Below are positions 29,076 to 38,493 of a stretch of 43,733 bases of DNA, piece by piece; within the stretch, counting starts at the first letter, position 1; each line of letters opens with the position of its first letter. The stretch is from Bryobacteraceae bacterium. Its GTDB lineage: Bacteria > Acidobacteriota > Terriglobia > Bryobacterales > Bryobacteraceae. The stretch lies in the NCBI GenBank assembly GCA_041486185.1, contig JBGPKX010000001.1, positions 1 to 43,733 of the forward strand, given 5' to 3'. The notes beneath the pieces were generated by a model that saw only the letters and a list, made by a program, of their open reading frames with translations, did not search any database and was not told the origin of the DNA. Made by a program: the position numbers and the translations under genes.

Positions 29076-29531
29076 ATGGCTAGCCCTTCGAAGGCCGAAA
29101 GACCGGCAACGTATGACGATGCGAACTTGCTGCTGCGGCTCTATGAACTGCGCCGTGAGGACAAGCTGCGCCAGGCGCGCGACTGGTTTAACAAGAACTT
29201 CCACGCGAGCAACCTGGATGAGCTTTCCAAGCTCTGCCCGCAAGGCTCGCAAGAGAACGCCTACTTCCGCATGGTGTGGAGCTACTGGGAGATGGCGGCC
29301 TCCTTCGTGACCAGCGGCATTCTTCAGCGAGAGCTCTTCATGCAGAATTCGCGCGAGTTGCTGTTCGTTTGGATCAGGATGTGCGACGTCGTACCTGCGA
29401 TGCGCGAAGCGTTTAAGAACCCGGACATCGCCAGAAATATGGAGACCCTGGCGAACACCATGATTGAGCAGGAGCAGCAGCGCGGCTCCTACGAAGCTTT
29501 CCGGAATATGGTGCGAGGTGGGCGTCCGTGA
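29076..29531 (+). CDS. hypothetical cytoplasmic helical protein, translationally coupled to the GMC oxidoreductase
   Basis: A GGAGAGG Shine-Dalgarno lies 9 nt upstream. The protein is 151 aa with no signal peptide and no motif I recognise. Its stop overlaps the GTG start of the next gene (GTGA). Confidence 0.6.
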   Translation: MASPSKAERPATYDDANLLLRLYELRREDKLRQARDWFNKNFHASNLDELSKLCPQGSQENAYFRMVWSYWEMAASFVTSGILQRELFMQNSRELLFVWIRMCDVVPAMREAFKNPDIARNMETLANTMIEQEQQRGSYEAFRNMVRGGRP

Positions 29532-31324
29532 GTCTGTTTTTCTCTCCGGATCGGCCCAATGCCAACGATGTTGACCTGAAGCGCGTGTACGATGCCATCG
29601 TCGTTGGGTCCGGCGCGGCCGGTGGCATGGCGGCGCACGTTCTGACATCGCACGGCATGAAAGTGCTGCTCCTAGAGGCCGGCAAGAAGCTCAACATCAA
29701 CAAGGAGCTGAAGTCCATGGAGTGGCCCTACGACCATCCGCGTCGCGGCGACATTCCGCCGGATACCCACGCCCTCAATCGCAACGAATACAACTTTCGC
29801 GCGCGGCCTTACGCCAAGGGCATGCCATACAGCCATGTCTACAATTACGTGGAGGGATGGACTGGCGGCGACTATAGCAAGAACATCGTCGTGGACGAGA
29901 AGGACAACCCCTACACCGGCACGAATTACGCGTGGGTGCGCGCGCGCTGTCTCGGAGGCAAAACCAACATCTGGGGCCGTCTGGCGCTGCGCCTTTCCGA
30001 CTACGACTTCAAAGGCAAAAGCCACGATGGCTACGGCGAAGACTGGCCCATCTCATATCAGGATCTGGCGCCGTACTACGACAAAGTCGATTTATACCTG
30101 GGCATCTCCGGGCACAAAGAGAACCTGCCTTATTTGCCGGACAGCCTGTTCCAGCGCGCCATCCGGCTGACGAAATCCGAGATGATGTTGCGCGAGAGCC
30201 TTGCGAAAATGGGGCGCGTGCTGACGCCGTATCGCGCGGGCGTCACGACCGACGGCCTGAAGCACAACAAATATCGCAGCCGCTGCTTTGGCCGCGGAGC
30301 GTGTGAACGGCGCACGGGCGGATGCGATATCCACGCGGCCTTCGATTCCCCCACCGGCCTCATCTATCCGGCGCTCGACACCGGGAACCTGACGATTCGG
30401 ACCAATGCCACCGCATACGAAGTGACCGTCGACCCGGATTCTGGCAAAGCACGCGGCGTGGCGTTCGTCGATACCGATACCGGCAAAACATATGAAGCTC
30501 GCGCCAGGGCCGTCGTGCTGGCGGCCTCAACGCTCGAGAGCGCGCGCCTGCTCCTGCTTTCGAAATCGAAGACTTACCCCAACGGTATTGGCAATTCGAG
30601 CGGCCATGTGGGTCACAATTTTTGCGAACACCTGATGGGACCCGGCGTCACAGGCATCGTGAAAGACCTCGTAGGCAAGCCGCGCACGCTCGATGACGGC
30701 CGCCCCGGAGGATTTTATGTTCCGCGGTTCCGCAACTTGAAGGATCGCAATCCCAACTTCATCCGCGCCTATGGCTTCGAGGGGTCCAGCGGAAACAAGA
30801 TGTTTCCATCAAGCGCTCTTTGGGCCAAGGGCTTCGGATCCAGCTACGAGAAACAGGTGCGCGACTACGCCGGCGCCTTTATCGAAATGGGTGGCTTCGG
30901 CGAAGTGCTGGCGCGCTACGAAAATTACGTCGACATCGATCCGGAGGTGAAGGACAAGTGGGGTATTCCCGCGCTCCGCTTCCACTACAAATTCGGCGAT
31001 AACGAAAAGAAGATGGCCGCCGACATGTCTGCTGCCGCGCGCGAGATGTTCGAAGAGGCGGGCGTAGAAATCGTCGAAGTGAATCGTGAAATTCGCACCG
31101 AAGGCTGGTCGATTCACGAGCTGGGTACGGCACGCATGGGAACTGACCCGAAAACATCCGTATTGAACCAGTTTCAGCAATCGCACGATGTGAAGAACCT
31201 GCTCATGGTGGATGGCAGCAGCCACGTAAGCGCGTCGTGCCAGAACCCCACGTGGACCATCATGTCGCTCGCGTGGCGCTCTTGCGACCATCTGGCGGAC
31301 CTGATGCGCAAAGGAGAAGCCTGA
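29528..31324 (+). CDS. GMC family FAD-dependent oxidoreductase (gluconate 2-dehydrogenase flavoprotein-like)
   Basis: N-terminal FAD fold YDAIVVGSGAAGGMAAHVLTSHGMKVLLLEAG. C-terminal GMC active-site region (HELGTARMG ... NLLMVDGSSHVSAS). Confidence 0.88.
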   Translation: MSLFFSPDRPNANDVDLKRVYDAIVVGSGAAGGMAAHVLTSHGMKVLLLEAGKKLNINKELKSMEWPYDHPRRGDIPPDTHALNRNEYNFRARPYAKGMPYSHVYNYVEGWTGGDYSKNIVVDEKDNPYTGTNYAWVRARCLGGKTNIWGRLALRLSDYDFKGKSHDGYGEDWPISYQDLAPYYDKVDLYLGISGHKENLPYLPDSLFQRAIRLTKSEMMLRESLAKMGRVLTPYRAGVTTDGLKHNKYRSRCFGRGACERRTGGCDIHAAFDSPTGLIYPALDTGNLTIRTNATAYEVTVDPDSGKARGVAFVDTDTGKTYEARARAVVLAASTLESARLLLLSKSKTYPNGIGNSSGHVGHNFCEHLMGPGVTGIVKDLVGKPRTLDDGRPGGFYVPRFRNLKDRNPNFIRAYGFEGSSGNKMFPSSALWAKGFGSSYEKQVRDYAGAFIEMGGFGEVLARYENYVDIDPEVKDKWGIPALRFHYKFGDNEKKMAADMSAAAREMFEEAGVEIVEVNREIRTEGWSIHELGTARMGTDPKTSVLNQFQQSHDVKNLLMVDGSSHVSASCQNPTWTIMSLAWRSCDHLADLMRKGEA

Positions 31325-31857
31325 TGGCGGACCAGGACAATTTCACGCGGCGCGAATTGATCCAGCTTACGGCGGCGGCGGCCATCGCCGGGTCGGCAGC
31401 ACCGGCGGGCTTTGCGAACGAGCAGGCGCCAAAGTTTTTCTCGAAGGACGAGTTCGCCATGGTGGATGAGCTGACCGAGTTGATCATCCCCAACGATGAG
31501 CATTCGCCCGGCGCGCGCGCCGCGCAGGTGGCGGTCTACCTTGACGGTCGGCTCGCGGAATCCTTCGAAGACGAACCGAAGTATCACTGGCGCGAGGGCC
31601 TGAGCCGTATCAACGCTCTTTCGCAAGCAATGCACGGACGGGCTTTTATGCAGGCCACACCAGAGCAGCGCATGGCGCTTCTCACGCGCATCGCGAGTAA
31701 CGAAGAGAAGCCTGAGACACCAGAAGAGCATTTCTTCCGCGAGCTGAAGGGAAGTACAGCGCACGCATACTACACATCCAAAATCGGCATTCATCAGGAG
31801 ATGGAGTACAAGGGCAACGTACTGCTGCAGGAGTTCACGGGCTACGAAGTGAAGTGA
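31324..31857 (+). CDS. gluconate 2-dehydrogenase subunit 3 family protein (TAT-signal small subunit)
   Basis: Trimmed to the ATG at 31324, which overlaps the upstream TGA. Twin-arginine signal FTRRELIQLTAAAAIAGSA. Family motif MVDELTELIIPNDEHSPGARAAQVAVYLD. Confidence 0.82.
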   Translation: MADQDNFTRRELIQLTAAAAIAGSAAPAGFANEQAPKFFSKDEFAMVDELTELIIPNDEHSPGARAAQVAVYLDGRLAESFEDEPKYHWREGLSRINALSQAMHGRAFMQATPEQRMALLTRIASNEEKPETPEEHFFRELKGSTAHAYYTSKIGIHQEMEYKGNVLLQEFTGYEVK

Positions 31858-34349
31858 GGCGAGGCCATTCTCCGGATAGCCTCCTCGATCGTTCGGGTGG
31901 CGGTTTCTTCATCACTGCCATGCTCGAGATGAAGTGGCGCGCCGATCGTCACGCGCACGACTCCGCGTTTTGGCCAACTATCGTGGATCGAGTAAATTTC
32001 AAACAGTCCGGCGACGTGAACGGGTACCACCGGCGCCTTCAAACGGGTGGCCATCAGCCCAATCCCCGTTTTGAAAGGCTGTAGAGTGCCGTCCGGCGTC
32101 CGTTTTCCTTCCGGAAAGACTAACGGGCAGTAACCCTCGTCAATCAGTTCGCCTGTATATTTCAGAGCGCGCCGCACGCCGGCCATGCGCTGGGGCAAGG
32201 GATAGGCGTTGAACACTCCGGCGACCAGAAAGTACTCGAACATAGCCGCGATCCGCTCCCTGAACGACGCGCTGCCCGGTTCGAGCCACGCGCGGAAATA
32301 GTCTTGCGACATGGCCGGCGCCACGCGGTAGCGCCAGCATCGCGGCAGCGCGGCGAATATGGCGGGCGTATCCAGATGGCTCTGATGATTGGAGGCGAAC
32401 AGCACCGGCGTATCCAGGTTCTGAAGATTCTCCGCGCCTGTAACCTCCAATGTCAGCAAGCCCCGAAACAATGGCAGAATTACCGCTTGAACCATCAGAA
32501 AGCGCAGCGCGCGCACCGGATAACTCCTCGTCCATCGCGGCAACAAAGCCCGCTCGGCACTGGCAGTCTGTTCCCCCGCCTCGCGCAACAGCGCATTCAA
32601 CTCGTCCACCGATGAAACTTCAGCGAACCGCCGCTCGTCCAGCTCCACGCCGTACTGGCTCTCCAGTTCGGAGAGCAGCTCGACGCGTTCCAGCGATGAA
32701 ATATCAAGATCCTGCCCGTGTGGCGTATCACTGCCCTCGAGCCGAGCGTCCTTGAGCCGAGCAAGAATGCTTTCGGCGCCTCCAGGCTGGGCCGCGGTGG
32801 CTCCCTGCGCGATGCGCCGTGCCACCTCGCCGCGTTTCACTTTCATGGTCGACGGAGTACGCGGGAAATCCTCGTCGGGCCACAGGGACCAGCTTTGAAT
32901 ACGCTGATGCGATTCCAACCGCCGGTTGGCTTCCGCGACCAAGGCCGCCGGATCCGCCGAAGCATCGCGCAAAATCAATGCCGCATGAACCTGCTCCTCG
33001 CCGTCGCGCCGCGCCGCCACCACCGCGCTCTCCTTGACCTGTGGCATCGAATTCAGCACGCGCTCGACGTCCTGCGGATAAACGTTTAGTCCTTCGGAGG
33101 TGACGATCATCTCTTTCTTGCGGCCCTTGTAATAGAGACGTCCTTCGGCGTCGATCTCCCCGATGTCGCCGGTGTGCAGCCAGCCTTGGTCGTCAATGCG
33201 CCCCTGTTCGCCTGCGCGTGCGCCAACGTAATCGTGGATTACGCTTTCACCGCGCACCAGAATCTCGCCGTCCGCTGCGATCCGGACTTCCTGCCCGTGG
33301 AGCGGCTTCCCAATCGACCCGCTGCGCGCATTGAATGGATGATTGAGGGCAACCACCGGGCTGGTCTCGGTAAGCCCGTAGCCCTGGACCACCAGAAAAC
33401 CGAGGCGTGTCCAAAATGCCTCCACGTCCGCGCTTACTTCCGCGCCACCAACGACCAGTGCCCAGAATTTGAAACCCAGCCCGGCATGTACCTTGCGATA
33501 TCGCCACCAACGCTCCAGAATTCCCGGAATGCCCTTGCGCCTCGCCGGAATGTTCGGTGGATGAAATTTACGCTCGACCTCGTGCTGCAAGTTCATTAGC
33601 AGTTTCGGCACCGAAACCAGCACTGACACCCGCTCGCGCCGGATGGTATCCAGGATGGCGCTCGCGTGCAGTTCCAGCATGAACACGGCCGCGCCACCCA
33701 GCAGCGGCGGAACGAAAATGCCGAGCGACTGTCCGAAAAGGTGGCTGAGCGGCAGCATGTCGAGAATACGCACAGGCTGAAACGGCCGCGCCCACTTCTC
33801 GTACTTGCGCATTTCCGTTTGAAGGGGAGTCAGGTTGGCGCAAATGTTCTTGTGCCGGTGTACGACGCCCATGGGCTCGCCTGTGGTGCCGGAGGTGTAC
33901 ACAATTTCCACCACATCATCGGGCGAGATCTGCGATGCTTCGAAGCGCTCGATCACGGGAAGGTCCGCCAACTCCGCCATCGAAAATCGCCGTACGTCCG
34001 GTCCTTCCCACCGGACCGAATCGCCCGTGACGATCAAGCGCGACTGGACCTCAACCTGAATGCGCTCGACCAGCTCGGCGGAGGACCGGTAATCCACAGG
34101 CACTACGTGCACGCCGCGCGCCACACAGGCCCAGAAAACGCTGACCCATTCCGGCCGGTTCTCGGCCCAGATGATCGCGCGATCGCCTTTCTTCAATCCA
34201 ATGCGATCGAGCTGTGAGACGAAGGCGCCAATCTGTCCGTAAAGGTCGCGATACGTGAGCTTCCACGTGCGAAAGCCGCTGTAGAATCGCAGCGCTTCGC
34301 GGTCGCCCAGACGGCGCATTTCCGCGAGTAGTTCGAGGAGAGTCTGCAT
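31842..34349 (-). CDS. tri-domain fusion: acyl-AMP/CoA ligase + carrier-protein-like segment + PlsC-type (lysophospholipid) acyltransferase
   Basis: Adenylation motifs are YTSGTTGEPMGV (aa 151), GYGLTETS (aa 323), TGDIGEID...GRKKEMIVTSEGLNVYPQDVE (aa 393-430) and PRTPSTMKVKR (aa 496). A carrier-like helix-II motif DLDISSLERVELLSELE lies at aa 547-563. The acyltransferase HX4D motif NHQSHLD (aa 654-660) and FPEGKRT (aa 745) follow. Confidence 0.8.
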   Translation of the reverse strand: MQTLLELLAEMRRLGDREALRFYSGFRTWKLTYRDLYGQIGAFVSQLDRIGLKKGDRAIIWAENRPEWVSVFWACVARGVHVVPVDYRSSAELVERIQVEVQSRLIVTGDSVRWEGPDVRRFSMAELADLPVIERFEASQISPDDVVEIVYTSGTTGEPMGVVHRHKNICANLTPLQTEMRKYEKWARPFQPVRILDMLPLSHLFGQSLGIFVPPLLGGAAVFMLELHASAILDTIRRERVSVLVSVPKLLMNLQHEVERKFHPPNIPARRKGIPGILERWWRYRKVHAGLGFKFWALVVGGAEVSADVEAFWTRLGFLVVQGYGLTETSPVVALNHPFNARSGSIGKPLHGQEVRIAADGEILVRGESVIHDYVGARAGEQGRIDDQGWLHTGDIGEIDAEGRLYYKGRKKEMIVTSEGLNVYPQDVERVLNSMPQVKESAVVAARRDGEEQVHAALILRDASADPAALVAEANRRLESHQRIQSWSLWPDEDFPRTPSTMKVKRGEVARRIAQGATAAQPGGAESILARLKDARLEGSDTPHGQDLDISSLERVELLSELESQYGVELDERRFAEVSSVDELNALLREAGEQTASAERALLPRWTRSYPVRALRFLMVQAVILPLFRGLLTLEVTGAENLQNLDTPVLFASNHQSHLDTPAIFAALPRCWRYRVAPAMSQDYFRAWLEPGSASFRERIAAMFEYFLVAGVFNAYPLPQRMAGVRRALKYTGELIDEGYCPLVFPEGKRTPDGTLQPFKTGIGLMATRLKAPVVPVHVAGLFEIYSIHDSWPKRGVVRVTIGAPLHLEHGSDEETATRTIEEAIRRMASPHFTS

Positions 34350-34371
34350 CCAGCTGAACGCGCGGCGAGAG

Positions 34372-35832
34372 CTAGCTGCTCACAATCTGCGGGATGGGGT
34401 CGCCGTAGACATCGGTGAGTCGCATGTTGCGGCCGTTGTAGAGATACGTGAGCTTAGTGTGGTCCATCCCCAGCAGGTACAAAACCGTGGCGTGCAGATC
34501 GTGAATCGAGATGGGCTGCTGTTCGGCTTTGTAACCGAATTCATCGCTCGCGCCGATTGCCTGGCCGCCCTTGACCCGCGCGCCCGCCATCCACATGCTC
34601 ATGGCGCCGGGATTGTGATCGCGGCCCACGCCGCGCTGCGAGATGGGCATGCGCCCGAATTCACCGTGCCAAACCACCAGCGTCGAATCCAGCAGGCCGC
34701 GCGCTTTAAGATCCGTCAGCAGCGCGGCGATAGGCCGGTCTACCTCCGCGGCGTGCGTCGTGTGGTTCTTCTTTACATCATCGTGCGCGTCCCAGGTATC
34801 GGTGTTCTGGTTACCGAGCCCGCCGTGGTAAAGCTGCACGAAACGCACACCGCGCTCTACGAGGCGCCTGGCCATCAGGCACTGCCTTCCAAATGGCTCC
34901 GTAGTCTTTTCGTCGAGCCCGTAGAGTTTCCGCGTGGCTTCGCTTTCGCGATTCACATCCACCGCTTCGGGCGCGCAGCCTTGCATGCGATACGCCAGCT
35001 CATACGATGAAATACGCGCCGCCAGCTCAGAGCTGGACGGATGTTTCTCGAGATCCAGCGCATTGAGCTTGCCGAGCAGGTCGAGCCGCGCTCGCTGTTC
35101 GTCCGGTGTCACATAGGCCGGTGGCTTGAGATCGATGATGGGATTCTCGGAGGCGCGAAACACCGTCCCCTGATAAGCCGCCGGCATGAATCCCGCGCTC
35201 CAGTTGGCAGGTCCGCCGAAAGGCCCGCCGCGCGCGTCGTAGATCACGACAAACGCCGGCAGATTCTGGCTCTCCGTTCCCAGCCCATAGGTCACCCACG
35301 AACCCACGCTCGGAAAACCCATGCGGACCGAGCCGGTCGCGATCAGGTAATGCGCCTGTACATGATCGTTGGATTGTCCGTAGACCGACCGCAGCACAGC
35401 CAGTTCGTCCACGTGTTGCGCAATCGACGGGAAAATCTCCGAAACATCCAGTCCGCTTTGTCCGTACTTTCGAAAACTGAATGGGCTGGGCATCAGCGGT
35501 CCCGGATTGCCCTGGCGAACGACGACCTCGCCTTTCCCGGTAAGCGGCTGCCCCGCATATTGGCGCAAGGCAGGCTTCGGGTCGAAGCTATCGACGTGGC
35601 TGACTCCACCGCACATGAACAGAGAAATCACGCTGGTGGCGCGCGGCGCGAAATGTGGTTTCTTGGCAATGAAGGGAGTTGGTCCGGACGGTTTGGCTTC
35701 GCATGCCCCGGAGGAAGCTGCGCGATCCGCCGCCAGCATCCCCTGCTGGTCCAGCAGCCACGCAAGCGCCACTCCGCTCACGCCGCCACCGGCCTGGAAG
35801 AGGAAATCGCGTCTCGACGAAAATGATTTCAT
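34372..35832 (-). CDS. DUF1501 family protein (sulfatase-fold-like, TAT signal)
   Basis: Twin-arginine signal SRRDFLFQAGGGVSGVALA. Typical DUF1501 blocks are present (VISLFMCGGVSHVDSFDPKP, GRDHNPGAMSMWMAG). The start overlaps the upstream stop (ATGA). Confidence 0.82.
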   Translation of the reverse strand: MKSFSSRRDFLFQAGGGVSGVALAWLLDQQGMLAADRAASSGACEAKPSGPTPFIAKKPHFAPRATSVISLFMCGGVSHVDSFDPKPALRQYAGQPLTGKGEVVVRQGNPGPLMPSPFSFRKYGQSGLDVSEIFPSIAQHVDELAVLRSVYGQSNDHVQAHYLIATGSVRMGFPSVGSWVTYGLGTESQNLPAFVVIYDARGGPFGGPANWSAGFMPAAYQGTVFRASENPIIDLKPPAYVTPDEQRARLDLLGKLNALDLEKHPSSSELAARISSYELAYRMQGCAPEAVDVNRESEATRKLYGLDEKTTEPFGRQCLMARRLVERGVRFVQLYHGGLGNQNTDTWDAHDDVKKNHTTHAAEVDRPIAALLTDLKARGLLDSTLVVWHGEFGRMPISQRGVGRDHNPGAMSMWMAGARVKGGQAIGASDEFGYKAEQQPISIHDLHATVLYLLGMDHTKLTYLYNGRNMRLTDVYGDPIPQIVSS

Positions 35833-38462
35833 CGCATGTACACAAATTCGTTCAGATTGAGCAGCACGTGCGCAAAATCCACCAGCTTCTGCTTCTTCAG
35901 GAAGTCTAGCGCGAGCCGCATCTCTTCGTCCGCCGGCGGCCGGCTGAACGCGATCTCGTACGCCGTCCGAACCTGTGCCGTGGGATCACCCGGCGCGGCC
36001 TCACGAATCCGATCCGCGAAAAGCTGCGCCTGCCGGAGCACGAAATCGTCATTCAACAGCGTCAGCGCCTGCGTGGGAACCGTTGACACATTGCGCCGGC
36101 TGCACGTGATGTTCTGGTCGGGCAGATCGAAGACTTCGAACATGGGGAATGGCAATCCGCGCTTGCGGTACACATAAATGCTGCGCCGCCACACCTTGGG
36201 GCCATCCTCCGCCCGCTCCCAGATCCCTTTATTCATGGTGTGCAGCACTTCCGGCTGCAGCTTGGGAAACACGGGAGGCCCGTACATTTCGGCGTTGAGC
36301 GCGCCGCTCGCCGCCAGGATGGTGTCGCGTACGATCTCGGCATCCAGGCGCTGCATGCGGAAGCGCCAGAGGTAATTGTTCTCGGGATCTTTGGCGAGGT
36401 CCGAGCCATTCTCAAACTGCGACGCCATCTTGTAGGCGTTCGAAGTCATGATGAGCCGGTGCAGGTGTTTAAGGCTCCAGCCGTGATCCCTGAGATCGAG
36501 GGCCAGCCAGTCGAGCAGTTCGGGATGCGTCGGCTTCTCACCCATCTTGCCGAAGTTGTCCAGCGTGGCCACGATGCCTCGCCCGAAGTGGTGATGCCAG
36601 ACGCGGTTCACGATCACGCGCGCCGTTGAGGGATTATCCGGTGACGTCAGCCATTCGGCGAGCGCCCGCCGGCGGCCTGAAGTGTGGCCGTTGGCCGGTG
36701 GAATCTCGGTGGGCGGATTGCCGTAGGTAATGACGCTCAAAAAACCGGGTTGCATCACCGGGCCGCGGCTTTGCGAATCGCCGTGAAACAGAAAATACGC
36801 CGGCGGCGGCTGGTACCGCCCTGCTCCGCGGTGTAGAAAGGTTCCGTCGATGGCCTCCTGCTTAACGCCTTTGCCTGGCTCCGGCTCGTCGCCGGGGCCG
36901 TCTGGCGTAAATCGGTAATCGCCATCGGTTATCCCCATAGCCATCGGGACCGGCGCCGGCCTCTCTTTCTCTACGCGCTCGATTTCGGCCTTCAGGACCC
37001 GCTTGCGCGAAAGGTCCTCGGGCTTCATGATGCGCTCGATTTCCCGGCTGGATACATCCGTGGTGCGGATGATCTGCGCCGCCAGCAGCGCCTGCCCTGG
37101 CGTGCGCCGCGCTTCGGGCGTACGGATGGCGATCTGCACATTCTCGGGGAATTCCTTGTACTTCTCCGGCAGCAGCACGTCGCGGTACGGCTGCTCGATG
37201 CGTTGAATTTCCCCGCGCAGCGGCTTCAAACGGGCTTCGATTTCACCCAGCTTTTTCTCGTACGCCGCCGTCTCCTCGGGCGAAGCCAGCGGATGATCAA
37301 CCTCTACATAGGAGAACAGCGCCGCTTCGAGCCGATAATAATCTTTCTGCGGAATGGGATCGAACTTGTGGTTGTGGCAACGCGCACACTGCACCGTCAG
37401 TCCAAGGATGCCGCGGCCGATGGTTGCGATCATATCGTCGAGATAGTCGAACCGGTTCTGCGGATTATCTTTCTCCCGGAACCCGACTTTGGCGTGGCAG
37501 CGGAGGAAACCCGTGGCGATCAGGCTGTCGTGGGTTACCTGATCCAGCTCGTCGCCGGCAATTTGCTCCTTGAGAAATACGTCGTAGGGTTTGTCTTGGT
37601 TGAAAGCGCGAATGACGTAGTCGCGATAGCGCCAGGCGTTCGGCCGGTCGAAATCATGCTCGAATCCGTTGGAATCGGCGTAACGGGCGACATCCAGCCA
37701 GTGGCGTCCCCAGCGCTCGCCGTAGTGTGGCGAGGCCAGCAGACGATCGATCAGGCGCTCCCAGCGATCGGGCGAGCCGTCGTTCACGAACGCCTCCGTC
37801 TCGGCGGGCGTGGGCAGAAGGCCGGTCAGGTCCAGATAGGCTCGGCGAACGAGCGTGCGCGCATCGGCTTCGGGCGCCGGTTCCAGACCGCGCTCCTCCA
37901 TGGCCTTCATCAGAAAGGCATCCACGGGATGCCCGTTCATGCGCGCGCTCTGCACCAGAGGCGCAGGCTGGCGGACCGGTTTTTGAAACGCCCAATACTT
38001 GCGCGCCTCGGGTGGAATGGGCGTGTCTTCGATGGCAACCGGCGCTTGCGGGGGCGGGGCAGTGACGCCGCTGCTGTCCCAGGGCGCACCCTGCTCGATC
38101 CAGCCTTTGATGGCGGAGATTTGCTCGCCGGTGAGTTTGGTGCCGTCCATCGGCATGGCGGGCTTTTCTGCGCCCGAGACCAGCCGGAATAGTCGACTCT
38201 CGCTCGCATTGCCGGGCACGATCGCAGGGCCCCGTTCGCCGCCTCTTAGCGCTGTTTCGCGAGTGCGTAAATCGAACCTCGAAAGCTGCAGCGCCGCGCC
38301 ATGACACTTCCAGCAACTGCTTTCAAGAATCGGGCGGATTTGTTTGGAAAAGGAGACGGGTTCCGCGGCGCGCAAAGGTAGCGAGGCCCCGGTGAACAGC
38401 AGGCCTCCGGTCAACCACACAGCCACAAATCGGACGGCCACTCGGTCCCGATTATAAAACAA
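35829..38462 (-). CDS. PSCyt1 / DUF1549 (PSCyt2) / DUF1553 (PSD1) multidomain protein (planctomycete-type putative cytochrome c protein)
   Basis: Signal/anchor region, then the CxxCH motif CWKCH at aa 50-54 with MPMDG downstream. DUF1549-type block SPHYGERWGRHWLDVARYADSNG. DUF1553-type blocks NRVWHHHFGRGIV and FDLPDQNITCSRRNVSTVPTQALTLLND. Confidence 0.82.
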   Translation of the reverse strand: MFYNRDRVAVRFVAVWLTGGLLFTGASLPLRAAEPVSFSKQIRPILESSCWKCHGAALQLSRFDLRTRETALRGGERGPAIVPGNASESRLFRLVSGAEKPAMPMDGTKLTGEQISAIKGWIEQGAPWDSSGVTAPPPQAPVAIEDTPIPPEARKYWAFQKPVRQPAPLVQSARMNGHPVDAFLMKAMEERGLEPAPEADARTLVRRAYLDLTGLLPTPAETEAFVNDGSPDRWERLIDRLLASPHYGERWGRHWLDVARYADSNGFEHDFDRPNAWRYRDYVIRAFNQDKPYDVFLKEQIAGDELDQVTHDSLIATGFLRCHAKVGFREKDNPQNRFDYLDDMIATIGRGILGLTVQCARCHNHKFDPIPQKDYYRLEAALFSYVEVDHPLASPEETAAYEKKLGEIEARLKPLRGEIQRIEQPYRDVLLPEKYKEFPENVQIAIRTPEARRTPGQALLAAQIIRTTDVSSREIERIMKPEDLSRKRVLKAEIERVEKERPAPVPMAMGITDGDYRFTPDGPGDEPEPGKGVKQEAIDGTFLHRGAGRYQPPPAYFLFHGDSQSRGPVMQPGFLSVITYGNPPTEIPPANGHTSGRRRALAEWLTSPDNPSTARVIVNRVWHHHFGRGIVATLDNFGKMGEKPTHPELLDWLALDLRDHGWSLKHLHRLIMTSNAYKMASQFENGSDLAKDPENNYLWRFRMQRLDAEIVRDTILAASGALNAEMYGPPVFPKLQPEVLHTMNKGIWERAEDGPKVWRRSIYVYRKRGLPFPMFEVFDLPDQNITCSRRNVSTVPTQALTLLNDDFVLRQAQLFADRIREAAPGDPTAQVRTAYEIAFSRPPADEEMRLALDFLKKQKLVDFAHVLLNLNEFVYMR

Positions 38463-38493
38463 CGGCGCCGAGCCGGGTCTTACGGTCAGCTAC

